Positions 50,604 to 62,000 of a stretch of 62,000 bases of DNA are shown one piece after another. The notes beneath the pieces were generated by a model. It was not told where the DNA came from and did not search any database. It saw only the letters and a program-made list of their open reading frames with translations. How positions within the stretch are numbered: the stretch's first letter is position 1; every line of letters starts with the position of its first letter. The position numbers and the translations under genes are program-made. Source of the stretch: Wallemia ichthyophaga EXF-994 (Eukaryota > Fungi > Basidiomycota); assembly GCF_000400465.1 (NCBI RefSeq), contig NW_008806280.1, positions 20,001 to 82,000 on the forward strand, in the 5' to 3' direction.

Positions 50604-51892
50604 TTGTTGCTTTGATGGTTCGAGTTTGAGCTTTGGAATCGATTTTGACCTTACTTTAGTCACTCGGTCTCGATGAGTCGAAACTTCCCCACCAATTTGA
50701 CAGAGATTATTGTGGCTATTTTTCAAATTTTTGCTTCTAATCTGGTAAATTCGGGTGTCTGCATCTTAATTAGCTTCTCCTCTTCTCTCCCCGCTCACTC
50801 CTTGTCCTCGCCGACACATTTTCTCTGCGAAAAATTTGAAAATCTCGGAGTATTTCTCGAGGTACGTGCTAGAATGGTCTGTGATGTGACAAGCGGGGAT
50901 AATTGTGCTGAGGCGGCCATTTCAGTGCACTCAAAGCACGTGCCACCCCACACCCATTTCTCGGCCGTCTCATAAATAACCTCCGACTAATCAGCTTATC
51001 CAATATCTTACACTATGCATAAATCCGCAGTTGACAAGCGTTGTAAATAATACATTATAAATCTTATATTTTTTACATTATATCTATTAAATTTATACAC
51101 GCAGCGCTATAAACGGTGTACTCCGCAATACCATAGACCATTCTACGCGCGACAGACGCACTACGCACTTTTCGCAGTCTAGTCCAATTTAATCTAGTCT
51201 ACTTGCACAGCTGTGGAGTCTCGAGTCTCGAGCATTCGACGCGCATCTGCATCTGTCTACGTGCATTGCGGTGCTGCTCTAAAATTAATAAATTGGACCG
51301 TGGACTACCTACCACCCAAGTACCTCCCAAGTATCAACCTCATGCCACCTCTCGGCTGCATCTTCTCGCCCGCGCATGCCCTCGCATGAACCTCGCATAT
51401 GCCGAAAAGAGTCTGACGACAAGTTTCACACCCGTTCAACTCCCCGGCACCGCAGCTCTGCATGATGTGTGTAATCTGCGTGACTCATTTTGTCTGCTGA
51501 CCGTCTCGTTACGTGGCATTACATTGCATTTCTCGCCTGAAACTATCCGATTTGTGCGTCGCGCGTGTCGCATTTCGCCTATCGCCTTCGCATTTCGCAT
51601 CGCCCTTGGCCCGTCGCGTATCTACCCCGCCTCAGCTGATTTGCTTCTTCGCCTTGCGTCCCCGAGACAATCACAATCACACAATTGATAACTCGGGCAA
51701 GGCGATAATGATAGTGATGGCAAGTGGCAGGTGGCTGATGGAAATACCTGGAGCACATATGACCACGTTGATTAGAAATTAAACAGCACAAAACACAACA
51801 TGTCATTCCATATGCACTATATATATTCTCTTATTTAGCGTGTACACGCTCATCCACTCCCTCACAAAAGCTCCACCGCTCCACCTCCACAC

Positions 51893-52433
51893 CTAGAAAT
51901 TGAGTGATCGCAGATAATCGGCAAGCTCCTCGACAACCTTAGTCGCTTCGCCTGGGAGTACAGGAGCGTCGTATTCCGTGACGAGGATCGCCTGTACAGT
52001 GCGCACGATAACGCATCCATTAGGCTGTAATTGTGTCAATGTGGGCCATGACGTTCATGACGTTGCCACGGCACACTCACCCCCTTCTTCCCATACACCT
52101 TCCCCTCGTCAGCCTGAAGAGTGAAGAATTTCTGTCCATTGAGCTTGATGCCTGAAGCCTGCGTGGCTTCAGAGTTGGAGAAAGACCCAATGATCGCTCT
52201 CTGCTCTTCCGGAGTGAGCTGGAGGTTGTGTTAGAATGTACATGCACACTAAACTCCCAGCCCCGATCGCTACTCACTTGGTAACCTGCACTTATCGCCC
52301 ATATCCCGCCGTTCACTCCCATGATCGCGGCTCTGGATACCTTTTGCGTGCCGACAAGATTTCCATCTACGTATTCTGCGCTGCTTCAGTTGGCTCATAA
52401 ACACTCCCCTTCACACTCACGCTGCCACGACAT
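51893..52433 (-). CDS. PFY1: Profilin (intact; mostly missed by the ORF track)
   Basis: Four exons: MSWQ|QYVDGNLVGTQKVSRAAIMGVNGGIWAISAGYQ|LTPEEQRAIIGSF...GIKLNGQKFFTLQADEGKVYGKKG|PNGCVIVRTVQAILVTEYDAPVLPGEATKVVEELADYLRSLNF-stop. Confidence 0.95.
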
Positions 52434-52600
52434 TTCTACTGTGGTATATGTGGTGGTTCAACCAAACGACGCACTCCAAGTGGGCCAAATGAGTCAAAAT
52501 TTACTGTAAGCACACGATAGTATTTATGGCTGCTTGTTTTGCTCTATTTGAACCCTTCTTTGTCGCACACATCGTTTTACATGTACGTCACTCACTGCCA

Positions 52601-52624
52601 CTGCAACTGCAACTGCAACTGCAA
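52601..52624. repeat. (CTGCAA)4 microsatellite
   Basis: Seen directly in the sequence. Confidence 0.9.
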
Positions 52625-52673
52625 AATGGACATGTCAATGTAAATTTATAAGCTTATTCGTTGTACGCAACTA

Positions 52674-52965
52674 TTAGCCTGATCTTAACAAATTATCTCC
52701 TAGCCTCTTGACTGGGATGTTTGATTCAATCGAGTTTTGGATTTTGTCGTGTACAGCTATGACTATCACATTTTTATAGCGCGTCATTTTACTTCCAATT
52801 CTATCCTAAAATTAGTCAGCCTTAACTTTACTGTGTTAACTTCACCTACACGTGTACGTCCGTAAACCGATTTCCCAAAAAAACGAGACAGTTAATTTCG
52901 TACACCATTGAGCCTGTCGGTAGTACAATAAAAATCCTTATTCATCGAATAATATCTCAATCGTG
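52674..52965 (-). pseudogene. Profilin-derived pseudogene fragment A (3' half)
   Basis: RLNGVRN-stop-LSRFFGKSVYGRTR, then a phase-0 44-nt intron (52806-52849) at the same position as in the intact gene, then last exon ...NVIVIAVHD...VKRLGDNLLRSG-stop. Confidence 0.7.
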
Positions 52966-52978
52966 AACTAACTACATT

Positions 52979-53498
52979 CTACTTTCCCAATCCTATAAAA
53001 AGACTACCATACTATCCAATATCGCGATGCTGTTACCGGGTTGTTATTGGTTAGACGTATTCCGCTATAACTACAATTGTGTTACAGGTCTTAATCACAC
53101 ACACATCGCGCTATTGATTCGTCAATGATCGATCATCGATCATTCACGGACAAGGATACCCACTCCGTCCCTGCCTAGCACGCTGTCTTCTTCAGCCCTC
53201 CTAATTCCGAATTTGCTTCCACTAAGCATGAAACCGTTTTGATATATTTCATCTGGGTTGCGGAATGACTTCAGGGTTTTTTCTGCTCTGTCTCGTTGAA
53301 CTGAGAAGGCGTTAACGGGTACACGTTGCTTGATCAAACGCCACCATTCGTCTCGAATCCCGGACTTGAATCCAAAGTACCTTCATACTTACTAACAATC
53401 GCTGATCTTGCTACATGCCCCGATACAGCAATAATTTGGCCTAAATATGCTAATTTGTGTTAATCGTGTTTAACTATACACTTACACTGCCACGACAT
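52979..53498 (-). pseudogene. Profilin paralog B with disabling mutations
   Basis: Exon 1 ATGTCGTGGCAG is identical to the intact gene with the same intron phase. Then YLGQIIAVSGHVARSAIV...SPGFE, KSFRNP...NGFMLSGSKF...VLGRDG|RDVCVIKT..IVVIAEY. Contains a premature TAA and about three single-base indels. Confidence 0.8.
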
Positions 53499-53650
53499 GC
53501 TTGTTTTGCGAAAATTTTCCTACAATCAAAGCGAAATTCACTTAACATTGAAACTTTACGAGCAGCTGGCTGAACACTTAATTGAAAATTTCATCAGCCT
53601 CACACACCAATCTATGTACTATTTATATCGCAAAAATGTAACAAACTTAT

Positions 53651-54113
53651 TCAATAACGCACCAATTTCTCAACCAGATCCGATACATATCCTTCAACTG
53701 TACCGATCTTTGCTTCTTCGGTGAAAAATGCGATAATATTCACGTTATCCGACGACGAAATGAGGCAAAATTCATGCTTTCCTTAAAAATAATCAGCGTT
53801 GACGTGGTATTGTTAGAAAACCCTACAGTCTGGCAAATTCCGAGCAACGTCAGCTTGAATAGATGAAGTGAAACTTCCTCTCCATTAATCTTGATAGAGC
53901 GTAATATATTTGAAAATTGAATCGATGGAAAAGTGCGTAACTAGTTTTTGATCTTCTCCACTTATTTATGCTAGTTATTAACGTATTGAGATTGCTCAAA
54001 CATCATTAAACACCTCAAATTCCGAACTGGAAGCCAATTGCCTCCATCATACTTAATAATAGTTGCATCTTTTATGAGGGAATACACGAGTTTCTCAACC
54101 TTATCCATTCCAT
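53651..54113 (-). pseudogene. Profilin paralog C, highly diverged and frameshifted
   Basis: Fragments across frames: MEW / IKDATIIKYDGGNW / SSSEFE| / ISGEDQK / IKINGE / KFHFI / QAD / FCLISSSDNVNIIAFF...VSDLVEKLVRY-stop. Confidence 0.65.
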
Positions 54114-54224
54114 CTTAGTCTTCGTACTAAAATCTTCAAGATACACACTAACACTACCAATCAACTCCTTCAGACATGATTGTTATTAATAATCGTCAAT
54201 GAACCAGTTGCGTGTCTCATGACG

Positions 54225-54570
54225 GATTAAGTTGAATTGAATAATTCAAGTTTTGAATGTGAAACTAGGTGAAACGCACCATGAATCACTCCAGTTGCAT
54301 CTCCTCGAACAACTCCTCGTATACGTCAATTGTCACAGCTAAGACAATGAACATAACCTATTCAGAGCGCAATTATACATTCATTTGCACTCTCAAATGA
54401 AACAGCGATAACTTTACAGGATATCCAACACCTACACCTCCCCGTCCGTAAAAAATTCATAAATAGATAGGTGTATCACTTTAAGCCATCGAGCCTGATT
54501 GTAGATGCCATTGTAAATTCAAAGTTGTCTTTGAATGGGATCATTGTGGATTTTGTTCATTTTCTATCTG
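54225..54570 (-). pseudogene. Profilin-derived pseudogene fragment D (5' exons missing)
   Basis: ASTIRLDGLK (compare ASGIKLNGQK) and VVRGDATGVI (compare VLPGEATKVV) occur in the right order with a GT..AG interval between them. In-frame stops are present. Confidence 0.5.
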
Positions 54571-54590
54571 ATCTGAGAACAGAATCAACT

Positions 54591-55464
54591 TTAAACTCGA
54601 TTAATTGAAACAATTTTAACGTTACAAACAGGGCAATTCAAGTAGCTGCTCAAATAGCCCACTAAACACGCATAATCGTATACGTGTCCACATTGCGCTG
54701 CATACGAAACTCCGATATCGTTATTACAGCACACAGCACACCGACTAACACCATCGCCGTGCTCTTGCGTTACAGGCAGGGTTCTACGAGGTGTGAGTGT
54801 GCTCCTGCTTGTATAAACGCTGTAAACGAATTCCTGTGTTGTAATAATTCAGCATTGCACCTCACCCTGCCTTGTCGAATAGATACGCACAGTCATTACA
54901 CTCCAGACTAGCTGCCGCTGCGTGAATTCGAGGTTGATGTTGGTGACGCACCCGCTCCCCTCCACTCCCAATCCCAGCATTCTCTCGCTCAGATTCGCAT
55001 AGCGTCCACCGGCAACAAAGACAAGCCAATTCGCAAGCCCTGCTGCATCGGCCACCCTCTCTGCAACTTCCAGTAGTGACGCTAGACGGCGCTTGACGTG
55101 GTATCTAGATAGACTGCTCCAGTCCTCCACTGCCACCTTGTCCTTCAGCTTTCGGTGTGCGTATGGGATTATAACACGAGTCATGACATAGAGAAGACTG
55201 GAAATTGTGTTTAAATTAGTGTATTTGAGCAAATGCAGATCCATTCCGTATATGCTCTTGAACGCTCGCAGATATTTCCACATGTAAACACTCCGTATCA
55301 ACGTCGTTATCTCATCTGCGTTGTTCATCTCGAAACCATTGAGCTGAGTGCTAGCCAATAAAGACACTCACCCCTAACACCCTCAGCGCTTCAACCACAG
55401 GTCGACTCAGTCCTCGCACCACCTCCTCGTCTAGCTCCTGTCCATCTAATCGCTGCACCCTCAT
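54591..55464 (-). CDS. PEX2: Peroxin Pex2 (RING peroxin)
   Basis: N-terminal RVQRLDGQELDEE, GGRY..L.ER.L, ..F..RQLVW...T|EF, and C-terminal RING CAVC...CGHVYDYAC...CPVC, ending at TAA 54591-54593. Confidence 0.88.
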
Positions 55465-55559
55465 GACGCAAGTTTGAGAAACGAAATAAATGTATTTACA
55501 TTAAATTAGATGGAAATTTATTACTAGTCATAATTAAGCTAAATGAATGCCTGTTTATT

Positions 55560-58500
55560 TCATGCAAACCCGAATCCTGTATTGCCCTCGTGGATTGCCG
55601 TCAATATCTGTCTGCGAAGTGCCTCGTACGACGAATATGGTCCTAAATCTAGTTGATTGACTATACCTTTGATTAGTAAAGTAAATGTAGAAATCCAACA
55701 AAACTCACAGCATGTGTGTGCAGCAGGCAGTCTATCTTCTGCACCGTACGCCTTGTGAATGTTAAATCTCTGTGTGCCTTGTGATCCCTGTAGTGCACCA
55801 AATCCTTCGAGCGGTACACGAGATGAACCAGTTGCAAACTGCAAGAACGATGCTTTCTGTGTTGAGTCGAATGACCTCAGCACCCTCCAGAACCAACCGA
55901 TCACTGGATCTGAAGGTGTGAATCCATGGTAGTCTGTCTGGTTCTTCCACGCATCGACATCAATATCAGGTAAACCAGAAATTAACAACTCCAATTCGTT
56001 CTCAGAGAATATCTTAACCAGGTCTTTCGGTATTATCTCGTGGAATCCTTCCAAGAAGCACTGAATCTGTCTCTCGATCGCTGTCGTGAGGCGGAACTCA
56101 GTTACAAGCTTGACATATTCCTTCTTGTTCTGGTCTGTTACCGGTATGTTCCTGCCGTTTGGAATTAAATCTATGATGTTCACTACACCGAACTCATCAT
56201 CCTCGATCGAGAACGTCAACTCGAGCACACCCTCCAAGCTATTCTCCAACATCCAGACGAGTGAGTTGTAGTAACTCAAATCAACACTCTCCAAATCCTT
56301 AAAGTCTACCTGTCTGCCCAGCATATGCTTGTAGAACGACCTCGTAAAGTACGCATCCAACAGTCTACCATCGTAGATAGCTTTACCAATGATACGTCCA
56401 ACAAACTTGAAGAAGTCCAAATGATGCTCATTTACGTACGACGCTCTATTTGGTTGATACGTCAATCTATCGGCATCACATGGCTGGAATAGTGCGTAAT
56501 TTGGATTAAACATCTGTTGGGCGAGTACTTGGAACCATTCACGGGCAACTCCACCTGCATCGACACCCTCTTCTCCGTGGAACTTGACTGACAACTTACC
56601 ATACTTAATCTCATCTCCAGACTTCCTCTGCAGGTACTGGAATGAGTCTGCGAAAACGTGCGAGCGACGGACGTTGACGTGCAGAGTTGGATATGTCTCT
56701 CCGCGCTTCCTTGCTCTCAGGCGCTGCATAAAGAAGCTTCTCTTGTTGTCAAACTCGAGAATGCGAGGGTTTTGTACGAGAAGTGAGAATGATCCACTCA
56801 TAAGTGCTGGATTATTGCGAACCATGATATTGATGATTTTCCTGTGCTCCTCTGTGAAGTCTATGAAAATATCCTCGATGCTCTCATTCGCTGATGGGGA
56901 TACTGGTGATCCCGTCATGCGCTTTGTTCTGAGTGCTTCTGTTTGTGGATTAACATACTTGCAAACCACCATAAGTGACTCGATGAGAGGTAAGAGAACG
57001 GTAGCGATATGTGTCATTTGCTCATTCTCTTCAATGATCTTGAGGTTTTCTGAGAGTTTTTGCCACACAGAACCAAACTAGATGTGTTGTTAGTTAACCA
57101 CCTCATGCACAAGTCAACACCTACGTTAAATGAATCGTAAATAGCGTTCACCTTCAACTCATTTGTCTTAGCCTCTTCTTGCGTTGCAGCAGGTGGCTCA
57201 GCAGTTGTTTGCGGTTGCTGGTTGATATCTTCTCTCATCAAAGAGCCAAGCACTTGACGAAGCGAAGATGGCCTTTCTTCACCAGATTGCTCACTATTTT
57301 CGCTCATCTCGCTAGATTGACCGAACATGTAATCCACAGTCTTCAACACTCTAAGCAGACGCGCCTGCAGTGATGAAGCTGGGAGGAACTTCTCCATCGT
57401 TCCAGCAGAAACATCGTCGCTCTTTTCTGCATTTCTGAGTGCATCACCGAGCTCAACAAGTTCACCGTTGAGCTGCTGACCAAAGTCTTGCGCTTTCACC
57501 TTTAACTCAGCCGCAATAACATCCTTTGCGTCTGGTACAAAGCTCAAGTTCTGGATCAGACTTAGTGTCTGCTGGAACGTTTTGCTGGTGCATTCGCCGA
57601 TCGTAAGTATGTTGACGACGTATTTGAGAACATGAGTAGGAATCTGAGGAGCAGTCTTTAGTCCCTCATCCTCCTTCTCATCTTCGGTCTTCTTGTTCTC
57701 GCCCTCCTTCTCTTTAGGACGAGGTGTAACGTTCGCGTCAGCTGGCTGTTGCTGAGGCTGCTCTTGCTGCTGTTCCTGAGTACCACTAGCTTCTGGTTTC
57801 TCGTTCTTGTCATCCTTCCTAAGCGTTGACAGTGGCTTTGTGACCGTCGCCAACAGAGTGGTAAACGTATCCATCATCATCTGCGTTTTGAAAACGGTTG
57901 GGCGATCAAGCAAACTCATCAACAGCACGATCGGGAACTTAACTGGTACTGTCTGCTTTTCCTTACCCTTGCTCTTCTTCGATGGTCTCGACCTCATGCT
58001 GCTTGAGAGATCGTGTTCAGTGAGGAAGAATGTCGAAGCGGCTGAGTTGCTGGAGACGAGAGTAGTGAGTGTCTCGAAGCAACGTTGGGCAAGCAGGTTT
58101 GGAATGGTCTCTGGAGGGATCTGCAGCAATATTGGACTAGCTGGCGTTTCTTGCGTGTGCTTGCGTTTGCTAGACACCTTACTGGTAGGAGTTGAAAGAG
58201 GTGTGGAGGCAGATGGCTTAGTTCCTTTCAAAGTCAATTGAGACAAGCTACGATCAACTGCTGGCAAGTCACCCGTACCTTCTTGCAAGATGTTCAGCAA
58301 CAACAACAACAGGTCGTTTCTAGAGCGAGAGTTTTCGATAAGCTGCGGTAATTGTTAGATGATAGGGAATCTTGTACAGATCTACCCACATTGGCAAGAA
58401 TCTTGAACAAGACCGATTTCTTGATTAGGTTTGGATAGAAAAGCAAACGTATCAAGATGGCCAATCCGCTCTTGTCGAGAAGCTGTATGGCATCCTTCTG

Positions 58501-61500
58501 GCGATGCTTCTCAGTGGCCTTCTTTGGTGGTGCCCGTGGTCCAGATGGTCTTCTACCACCAAGTATTTGTTGCAAATCCGCTCTACCCATCGATCTTTCA
58601 CCGTCATGTTGAGGATCGAGCATTTCGCCGTTCATCAGAATGAATTGTCTCATACTTGGTTCTATGGAGTTGAAGAATGGGCTTGGATCTCCCATTGCAC
58701 CAACTGCACCAACCTGAGATGAACGGCGCTCGTTACCACCTTCTGGTTGTCTTCCGCGATGGATTGACTCAAAGGCTTCTTGCTGAAGCACCTCGGCGCG
58801 AATCTCTGCTGGAAGAGCATTCAAGAACTCCATCGATATTTCGGAATCATCGTTTCCTTCTGCAGCTGGTGGGGCGCCTTCAGTAGTACGATTCTGGGCA
58901 GCTGCTGAATTTGCAGCTCTTCTCTGCTCACGAAGATGCTGCGTGAGAACCTCCTCACGCATATCATCTGGCAAGGCCTCCATAAAGCTGTTAAGGGTGT
59001 TAGACGAATGACACACTCCTCTAATCAAAATACTCACGATGGATCTATGCCAGTGTTTGTGATATCGACATCACGTCCATTGATCTGAATACTAACACGC
59101 TCTTGCGGAGCACTCGAAGAAGCATCTTGTTCTTGTTCTGCTGGTGCATCTTCAGCCATTTCGACATCTTCCTGCTGCTGGGCTTGAGGTTGGCTTTCAG
59201 CTTGCGCCTCTGACTGAACTTCTTGAGGACGCTCTGCTTCTCTCATTTCTTCTTCATGAGCTTGCTTTTCACGAGCGTCTTTCTCCTCTTGCTCCTTCTT
59301 AGATTTCTCTTCAGCCTCCTTCTGAGCTTTGTCCTCCTCATCTTTCTTGGTCTTTGCTTCGAGTTCCTTCGTCTTCTCAGCTTCCTCGGCACGGGCCTTC
59401 GCTGATGCTTCTCTAGCAGCTGGCAACAGCATCAGAATAATATGGTTGGTGATTTTGGATGAACGCTCTTGGGATGTTGAACCATAAAACAGCTTTGCAC
59501 TATCGTACCACCTGCTAAATGTAGGCAGAGCCGCTAGACCATTGACAGCGCTCAAGATGTTCGCCGAATGAGTTTGAGGAGTTTGTTGGCGTCTTGAGTG
59601 CATGTTGGTGAGTTGCTCAATTGGAATAGAGCCGCTTGGTCCATTTGGCGAGTGCAATTCAAGATGCACACGTGCTCCAGCTGGCACCCCTCCTGCTGTT
59701 CCACCAGTTTCACGCTGAAGAAGCTGCTCAATGATCTGGAAACCGTTTCTACCGAACATGCTCTCAATGGTCTGCAAGAGTGGATTAGGGGCACCTGAGC
59801 GTTGGGAGCTCTGGCGTCTGTTTCCTGTATCTTGAGATGCTGGCGTTGAGCTAGGTGGTGCTTGATCAACGAGCAGTGGTTGTTGAGGGAGCTCGCGGTC
59901 ACTCTCGAGACGATCGCGATTACCACCGAGGAAGCTTTGTGATCCTCCTTAAAGCTTGTCAGTAGAAAAATTATGGCTGCACCAATAACTCACCTCCAAA
60001 CATACGTCTTCTTGATGATCCACCGCCGAGTAGAGGGCTTCCAAAGATAGCCGTTGTCTCTCCCATGCCACCACGGCCATCGAGAAGACTGCCTATGCGG
60101 GGAGCGCGCTCAACATCCGCCTCATCTCTGAACGCCAGACCTTCTTCCTCCGCGTCCTCATCAGTCTCTGAGAAACCGTCATCAATCAAACCATCATCGT
60201 CGAATTCAGGATCAGCAACACTCTCAGCCTCTTCTTCGTCGGGCGTTGGTGCTTCAATGACTGGATCAGCTTCGTCAAAGATAGATGGGTTTTCCTCGAT
60301 TGGATTAAGCGCTTCCTCCTCGTCATACGCATCTTCGTCAAAATCGACTTCTTCACTGTTACAATGTTAGCATGACGCTTGAAGATCTGTACCAACGCAC
60401 CCTTCATCCTCCTCATCAATCCAATCGTCAGCTTCTCCCTCCTCTATCTCGTCATGATCTTCCATGTCATCCGAGTCACCGTCACTGGATCCAGAATCAT
60501 CGTCCGAAGATTCCGAGTGGTTACCAGAACCATGATGATGATGGAAATCAACTTCCATATCGTCGAAGTCTTCTTCTGCAATGGAAATGTCAGCAAATAG
60601 CCAATCGCTGGATACCAACTCACCATCCATTTCGCTGTCTTCATCGCCATCGTTTTCTTCGCCGTAATTTTCTCCACTGTACATACCGAGTGCAGAGTTG
60701 CGGTACAAATCAGGTGTACCAGCTCTGTCAGCATTACGCATCTCATCAGCACCAATATCATCCTCATCGCTGGAGTTGTCCTCATCGTCATCGTCCTCAT
60801 CTTCATCCTCATCCTCGTCTTCATTTTGCTCATCCTGGCTGTTGGAGTCCTTCTTGTCCCCATTCTTGGCCATCTTGATCGAAATTTTGGTCAAACGTTC
60901 AAGTGGGGAGAGCAAGGCGCCGATGGTGACCTTCGAGTGTGGGAAAGAGATATCTATATCACCAAGTGCGTGCGTAAGGGTAGTGACATAGTTTTTCTCC
61001 AACATCACTTTAGCCATGTGGACAGATGACTCTGTTGAAGACTTTCCAGTAACAGGATTAACAGGCCTTGCGTCTATCAATCTGGCAATAATCTCAGACA
61101 AAGCTGTCAGTCTAGCGTATCTAACACTGAGATCCTCATCAGTGACACCAGATGTATTGTCCTTGATCAATTTGCTAATTACATCCAAGACGAACTTGCG
61201 TGAGAGGACAACCTCGTTTGGAATTTCTTTGCTGTCAGTCCAAGGTGAAGTGTCACTACATGTGCTGACAAAGACTGCAATTGCCCATTCAGCTAGCGCT
61301 CTTTGCTTGCGACCGACATTGTCATGGTTCGGTGCGCCGAGCGATGGCATGGAAATGAGCTCGCTGATCAAAAAGTTGAGGAACGACACCTTTGGTTTGA
61401 ATGGTGTGCCACCGCCCTGCTTCTTCTTATTGGTCATAACTAGATTGACTTTGGAAGATGGATAGCTGGCGCAGATCTCGGTGATAGATTGGAGGATGAA

Positions 61501-62000
61501 ACACGCATAGAAGTACTCTAAGGCTCCATCAGGAGTGCTTTCTTCCTTCTTTTCATCTTTCTTCTCTTGATCGGAAGCAGCTGAAGTGGAGGATTGAGGC
61601 TGTTGTGCTGGATCTTCTTGCTGTTGCTCACTTGAGCTGTTCTTCTTTTCCTCACCTTCTTTCTTTTTCTCTTCATCCGTCTTTTCAGCCAATGAAGCGA
61701 ATTTCCTAGCCGTCTTGCCGACCCTCATGAGCTCAGCAACCAGGAATTGAAGGATAGATTCGAGAACCTCTGATGGCATGGGTGGTGCCTGAGAATTATC
61801 GTCCAGCTGCATGTCTTCGCCACGTTGCTGCTGGCCAGAATGCTCACCATCCTTTTTATCACCCAACTTCGATTTGAGCTCTGGGACGACGTCTGGACGC
61901 AGCTTGATGTGGAAGACGCCAGCTGCTGGTGAGTCACTCACAAGCATGCAGTTTTCCTTGATCACTTCCATAAACGCCTTCGTATCGCGCAAGGCTAGAG
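55560..62000 (-). CDS. TOM1: Large HECT E3 ubiquitin ligase Tom1/HUWE1 (3' portion; 5' end is beyond the window)
   Basis: Acidic region, DUF4414-like DPSFMEALP..MREEV repeats, and HECT domain (GEEGVDAGG..REWF, QFATGSSRVP, catalytic AHTC). Several short introns. Confidence 0.96.

Noticed and set aside
51203-51688. 161-aa plus-strand ORF
   Set aside because: It starts at TTG, has low-complexity R/A/S composition and no domain. Likely spurious.
60367-60900. Long GAT/GAG-rich low-complexity tracts and overlapping ORFs
   Set aside because: They encode the normal acidic region of Tom1/HUWE1, and the opposite-strand ORFs are shadows.

Overview
Very compact, intron-rich fungal genomic DNA. About 40 protein genes lie in 62 kb, most introns are ~45-55 nt, and intergenic gaps are often under 100 bp. 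The architecture and protein sequences point to a basidiomycete, most like Wallemia (inference, not verified). Most of the window is housekeeping genes: Rab6, SEC11, ATG7, ESS1, SUB2, MEX67, PRP43, SAC3, RPL30, TFIIS, eIF2-beta, ATP3, ThrRS, THG1, RPS22, RPS17, profilin, PEX2 and a HECT ligase. No tRNA, rRNA, transposon or CRISPR array is evident. The most interesting signals lie outside the ORF track. (1) All three cytosolic ribosomal-protein genes carry unusually long, structured introns. RPL30 intron 2 holds a near-textbook L30-type kink-turn just upstream of the branch point, plus a cryptic 3' splice site that would create an immediate stop, which suggests an autoregulatory splicing switch. 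RPS22 carries an snR44-like H/ACA snoRNA and a hairpin-containing 5'-UTR intron. RPS17 intron 1 has a 16-bp long-range stem. (2) An intact profilin gene is followed by about four tandem, heavily diverged and disabled profilin copies in an otherwise ORF-free stretch. (3) The SUB2 start codon appears split by an intron (AT|G), so the unspliced RNA reads AUG-UGA. (4) ThrRS has an AUG-less, in-frame mitochondrial-presequence-like extension. (5) Several gene pairs have start or stop codons only 5-30 bp apart. Exon joins and RNA pairings were worked out by hand and need computational confirmation.
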